Shown here: piece after piece, positions 60,938 to 64,000 of the stretch | Layout of the letters: the number at the start of each line of letters is the position of its first letter | Position numbering within the stretch: the first letter of the stretch is position 1 | From: an uncultured delta proteobacterium | Lineage (GTDB): Bacteria; Desulfobacterota; Syntrophorhabdia; Syntrophorhabdales; WCHB1-27 | NCBI GenBank assembly: GCA_963810935.1 | Contig: CAWEPK010000010.1 | Coordinates: 1 to 64,000 of the forward strand | DNA length: 64,000 nucleotides | Direction of reading: 5' to 3' | Made by a program: the position numbers and the translations under genes | The notes under the pieces: model-generated | The model's input: the letters and a program-made list of their open reading frames with translations, nothing else | The model's database searches: none | Told to the model about the DNA's origin: nothing

Positions 60938-61762
60938 CTAAAGATTTTTTACACGCCTCTCCACTTTTTCTATTATGAAGTCGGGTGTCGAGGCTCCCCC
61001 CGCTATCCCGACTTTTTTCACGTCTTTTAGCCAATCGGGCTGCACCTCGTCCTCCGTCTCGATATGATAGGCCCGCGGCTGGATGCGCTTTACGGCGGAA
61101 AAGAGCTTCGTTGTATTCGAGCTGTTTTTTCCGCCGACAATCAGCATGGCGTCGACCTTTCCTGCCACGTCGATCGACTCGTCCCTTCTTACGCTCGTGC
61201 TCTCACAAATTGTGTTGTAAACCCGCAACTCTTTAGCTCCGCATGCCAGCGAGCTTACCACCCTTGCGAACGTCTCCTCGTCGAGTGTAGTCTGGCTGAC
61301 TACGCCGACCTTTTTGGCTTCAATCGAGAACGAATTATGCAATACAATACCATCGTTCCCCAAATAACTCAACACACTTTTTACCTCCGGGTGGCGCTCA
61401 TCCCCTGCAATTACAACCTTATAGCCGTTCCTGAGAAGGAACAATCCGCAGTTCCTGACCCTCTTCACATACGGGCAAGTCGTGTCGATGGCAACAAGGC
61501 CCTTCGCCCTTATATACTCCTCTTCTTCCTTCATGATGCCGTGCGACCTGTACGCGACCACGCCCGCATCGAGGCTGTAGACGTCGTCGATGGGCACAAT
61601 GCCCTTCTCCCGCAGCGACTCGACTACCTGCGGATTGTGCAGAAGGGGCCCGAGGGTGTAGACCGTCTCGTTCCTGCGCGCGGCCTCCTTCAGCACCCGC
61701 GACACGGCCCTGTTGACGCCGAAGCAGAACCCGACATGCGCAGTTTTGATTACTTCTATCAT
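60938..61762 (-). CDS. ispH: 4-hydroxy-3-methylbut-2-enyl diphosphate reductase
   Basis: GFCFGV, HN, RSHG, TCPYV, HPEV, SQTT, TIC, SSN, GASTP. Confidence 0.95.
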   Translation of the reverse strand: MIEVIKTAHVGFCFGVNRAVSRVLKEAARRNETVYTLGPLLHNPQVVESLREKGIVPIDDVYSLDAGVVAYRSHGIMKEEEEYIRAKGLVAIDTTCPYVKRVRNCGLFLLRNGYKVVIAGDERHPEVKSVLSYLGNDGIVLHNSFSIEAKKVGVVSQTTLDEETFARVVSSLACGAKELRVYNTICESTSVRRDESIDVAGKVDAMLIVGGKNSSNTTKLFSAVKRIQPRAYHIETEDEVQPDWLKDVKKVGIAGGASTPDFIIEKVERRVKNL

Positions 61763-62418
61763 TTCAGTGCCTGCCTGACGTGGGCTTCCATAACGGCCAC
61801 CACCTCCTCGACGGTCATGCCCGTCGTATCCACGGAGATGGCGCCTTCAGGGCGGACGAGCGGCGCTATGTCACGCTCGGAGTCGGCCCTGTCCCTCCGC
61901 TCCATCTCTCCTTTCACCTTCTCCATGTCTGCTGCGCCCATCCGCCCGGATGATTCCAGGTGCCTCCTTTTCGCCCGCTCGGCGAGGTCGGCATCCAGGT
62001 AGAATTTCACCTCAGCGCCCGGGAAGACCACGGACCCCGTGTCCCTGCCTTCGGCCACTATCCTGCCCGCTTCCCCTATCCGCCGCTGCATGCCTGTGCA
62101 ATACGCCCTGATCCGGGCATCCTGGGAAAGGGCCGAGGCAAGCATTGAGATCTCGGGCGTCCTTATGCCCTGCGTGATGTCCCGGCCGGAAAGAAGGACG
62201 ACGGTCGTCCCGTCGAACGAGAATTCGAGGGCGAGGCCGGCAAGGAAAGCGTCCAAGTCTTCGGGCGGGCGCTCCGTGTACGCATAGGCTACGGCGCGGT
62301 ACATGGCGCCCGTGTCGAGGTACCTGTAACCGATTAACCGGGCGAGCTGCCTCGCGACAGTGCTCTTGCCCGCCCCTCCCGGCCCGTCGATAGTGATTAT
62401 AAGGTCTTTTCTTTTCAG
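61759..62418 (-). CDS. cmk: Cytidylate kinase (start likely CTG at 62418)
   Basis: The frame extends upstream of the ORF-track start through IITIDGPGGAGKST and YLDTGAMYRA; EGRDTGSVVFP, RD..DS.R. Confidence 0.92.
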   Translation of the reverse strand: MKRKDLIITIDGPGGAGKSTVARQLARLIGYRYLDTGAMYRAVAYAYTERPPEDLDAFLAGLALEFSFDGTTVVLLSGRDITQGIRTPEISMLASALSQDARIRAYCTGMQRRIGEAGRIVAEGRDTGSVVFPGAEVKFYLDADLAERAKRRHLESSGRMGAADMEKVKGEMERRDRADSERDIAPLVRPEGAISVDTTGMTVEEVVAVMEAHVRQALK

Positions 62419-63483
62419 CTAAGCCAGCCTTTTCAGCGCCTCTATAAATACCTTGTTCTCGTCCATGGTCCCCACCGTCACCCGTATATAGTCGGGAAGC
62501 CCGTATCCGCCGAGCCAGCGCACCAGGACCTTCTTATCGAAGAACCTGTCCGTCAGACCTTTGGCGTCGGGCCCTATCTTGATGAGGATGAAATTCGCCT
62601 CTGACGGCCGCGCGTCCAGGCCGAGGCCTTTAATGGATTCATACAGGTATTTTTTTCCGTTCCGGATGTTTTCCAGGACGGAAGCCAGATGGCCCTCGTC
62701 GCTAAGAGCGGCCCTTGCCGCCACAAGGGCCATCATATTCACGCTGAACGGCTGTTTGGTGCGCTCCAGGAAGGAAACGAGCGACTTCTCGGCTATGCCG
62801 TAGCCGGCGCGAAGGCCTGCCAGCCCGTATGCCTTCGAGAAAGTCCTCATAATCAGGACTGGGCGCCGGTCGATATAAGCTAAAGACCGGGGAAAATGCT
62901 TGTTGTCCGAAAATTCGGCATACGCCTCGTCCACTACGACGAGCGCTTCTGCCGGGAGCTTGTCGAGAAAGGCGCCGAAGGCCCGATCCTCGAAGATCGT
63001 GCCGGTAGGGTTATTGGGGTTGCAGAGGAAAACGAGCCTGGTTTTCTCGCCCGCCATGGCAGCCATGGCCTCAAGGTCGTAATAGAGAGAATCGAGGGGT
63101 GCGGCCGCCACTTCGTAACCGTAAATATTGGCGGCTATGCGGTAGAAGGCAAAGCTCGGCTCGGAGATGAGGGCCTCCCTCCGGCCGTCCGTCCGCAGGG
63201 CCCTGCAGGCGGTCTCGATCAATTCATTGGAGCCGTTTCCGATAATGATGTTCTCCGGCGCCAGGCCGTACTTTTTGGCGATCAGCGACTTCAGCTCGGC
63301 CTCGCTCTCCGGGTACCTGTTGACGTCGAAAATGGCGTCTGCTATCGCCTGGACAACTGCAGGAGACGGTGGATAGGGGTTCTCGTTCGAGGAAAGGCGG
63401 ACCCAGCCCGCGTCCGCCCCGTAAAGCGCAGCCTTCGGATAGAACGGCACGCGCCGGATCGATGCGTCTATAGACAGCTTCAT
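62419..63483 (-). CDS. hisC: Histidinol-phosphate aminotransferase
   Basis: LSSNENP, GNGSNE, NPNNPTG, DEAY, RTFSKAYGLAGLR. Confidence 0.93.
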   Translation of the reverse strand: MKLSIDASIRRVPFYPKAALYGADAGWVRLSSNENPYPPSPAVVQAIADAIFDVNRYPESEAELKSLIAKKYGLAPENIIIGNGSNELIETACRALRTDGRREALISEPSFAFYRIAANIYGYEVAAAPLDSLYYDLEAMAAMAGEKTRLVFLCNPNNPTGTIFEDRAFGAFLDKLPAEALVVVDEAYAEFSDNKHFPRSLAYIDRRPVLIMRTFSKAYGLAGLRAGYGIAEKSLVSFLERTKQPFSVNMMALVAARAALSDEGHLASVLENIRNGKKYLYESIKGLGLDARPSEANFILIKIGPDAKGLTDRFFDKKVLVRWLGGYGLPDYIRVTVGTMDENKVFIEALKRLA

Positions 63484-63506
63484 CCCTTCGCCCCCACCCG
63501 GTATTC

Positions 63507-63992
63507 TTACATCTTATATTTGCCGAAATCGTCGGGCGAGAGGTTTTCGAGGATCTCTTCCCATTCCTGTGTATCGACGACTACCTTGTCCTCTTTCTTC
63601 GACAGCTCGACCTTGGCCGATTTCTTTATCACCTGCTCGTCCACGAATATCGTTGCGCCGACCCGGAGGGCCAGCGCTATGGCGTCCGAAGGCCGCGCGT
63701 CTATGACGAGCCGCCTGTTTTCGACTTCAAGGTGTATCATGGCAAAATACGTATTGTCCTTCAGGTCGTTGACCTCGATCTTTACTACCCTCGCGTCGAG
63801 CTTATCGAGGACGTTTTTAAGGAGGTCGTGGGTCATCGGCCTGGGCGTCTGCACGTTTTCCAGCGCGGTCGCGATGCTCGACGCCTCCAAGAGGCCGATC
63901 CAGATGGGAAGGACTTCCTGTTCTTCCAAGTCCTTCAGGATCACTATCGGCGTATTCGTAAACGGGTCGACGGTGATGCCTGCGACTTTCAT
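63507..63992 (-). CDS. Bifunctional nuclease family protein (DUF151)
   Basis: LPIWIG..EA, RPMTHDL, DARPSDAIALA. Confidence 0.93.
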   Translation of the reverse strand: MKVAGITVDPFTNTPIVILKDLEEQEVLPIWIGLLEASSIATALENVQTPRPMTHDLLKNVLDKLDARVVKIEVNDLKDNTYFAMIHLEVENRRLVIDARPSDAIALALRVGATIFVDEQVIKKSAKVELSKKEDKVVVDTQEWEEILENLSPDDFGKYKM

Positions 63993-64000
63993 TTCCTTCA

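Overview
GC-rich, gene-dense chromosomal window from an anaerobic deltaproteobacterium-like organism. The gene content (gcdA, iorAB, Hcr-like molybdoenzyme, NfnAB, CoA ligases) suggests a Syntrophorhabdus-type aromatic degrader; this is inference only. It starts with a nearly complete 16S rRNA gene (minus strand) behind three tandem sigma70-type promoters. It also carries housekeeping genes (purH-like, tkt, nth, polX, tatC, rpsA-ispH-cmk-hisC), tRNA-Arg(CCG), a ~13.5 kb putative aryl-acid catabolic operon, a xanthine-dehydrogenase-family operon and two-component clusters. Most notable: (1) two 'hypothetical' ORFs at 9741-10586 form one reading frame split by a single in-frame TGA that is followed by an fdhF-type SECIS-like hairpin and preceded by a twin-arginine signal peptide, i.e. 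a candidate Tat-exported selenoprotein; (2) an unannotated Trp attenuator (17-aa WWWW leader peptide, twin terminators) sits ahead of a 25-codon TrpB2-like stub and an aminotransferase; (3) a 104-bp tandem array repeats the 3' end of iorB together with a dispersed REP-like element; (4) cmk is in frame with hisC behind a single TAG and has no standard start codon. Four single-base frameshifts (polX, P-type ATPase x2, symporter) look like sequencing or assembly indels. No CRISPR array, integrase or transposase was seen.
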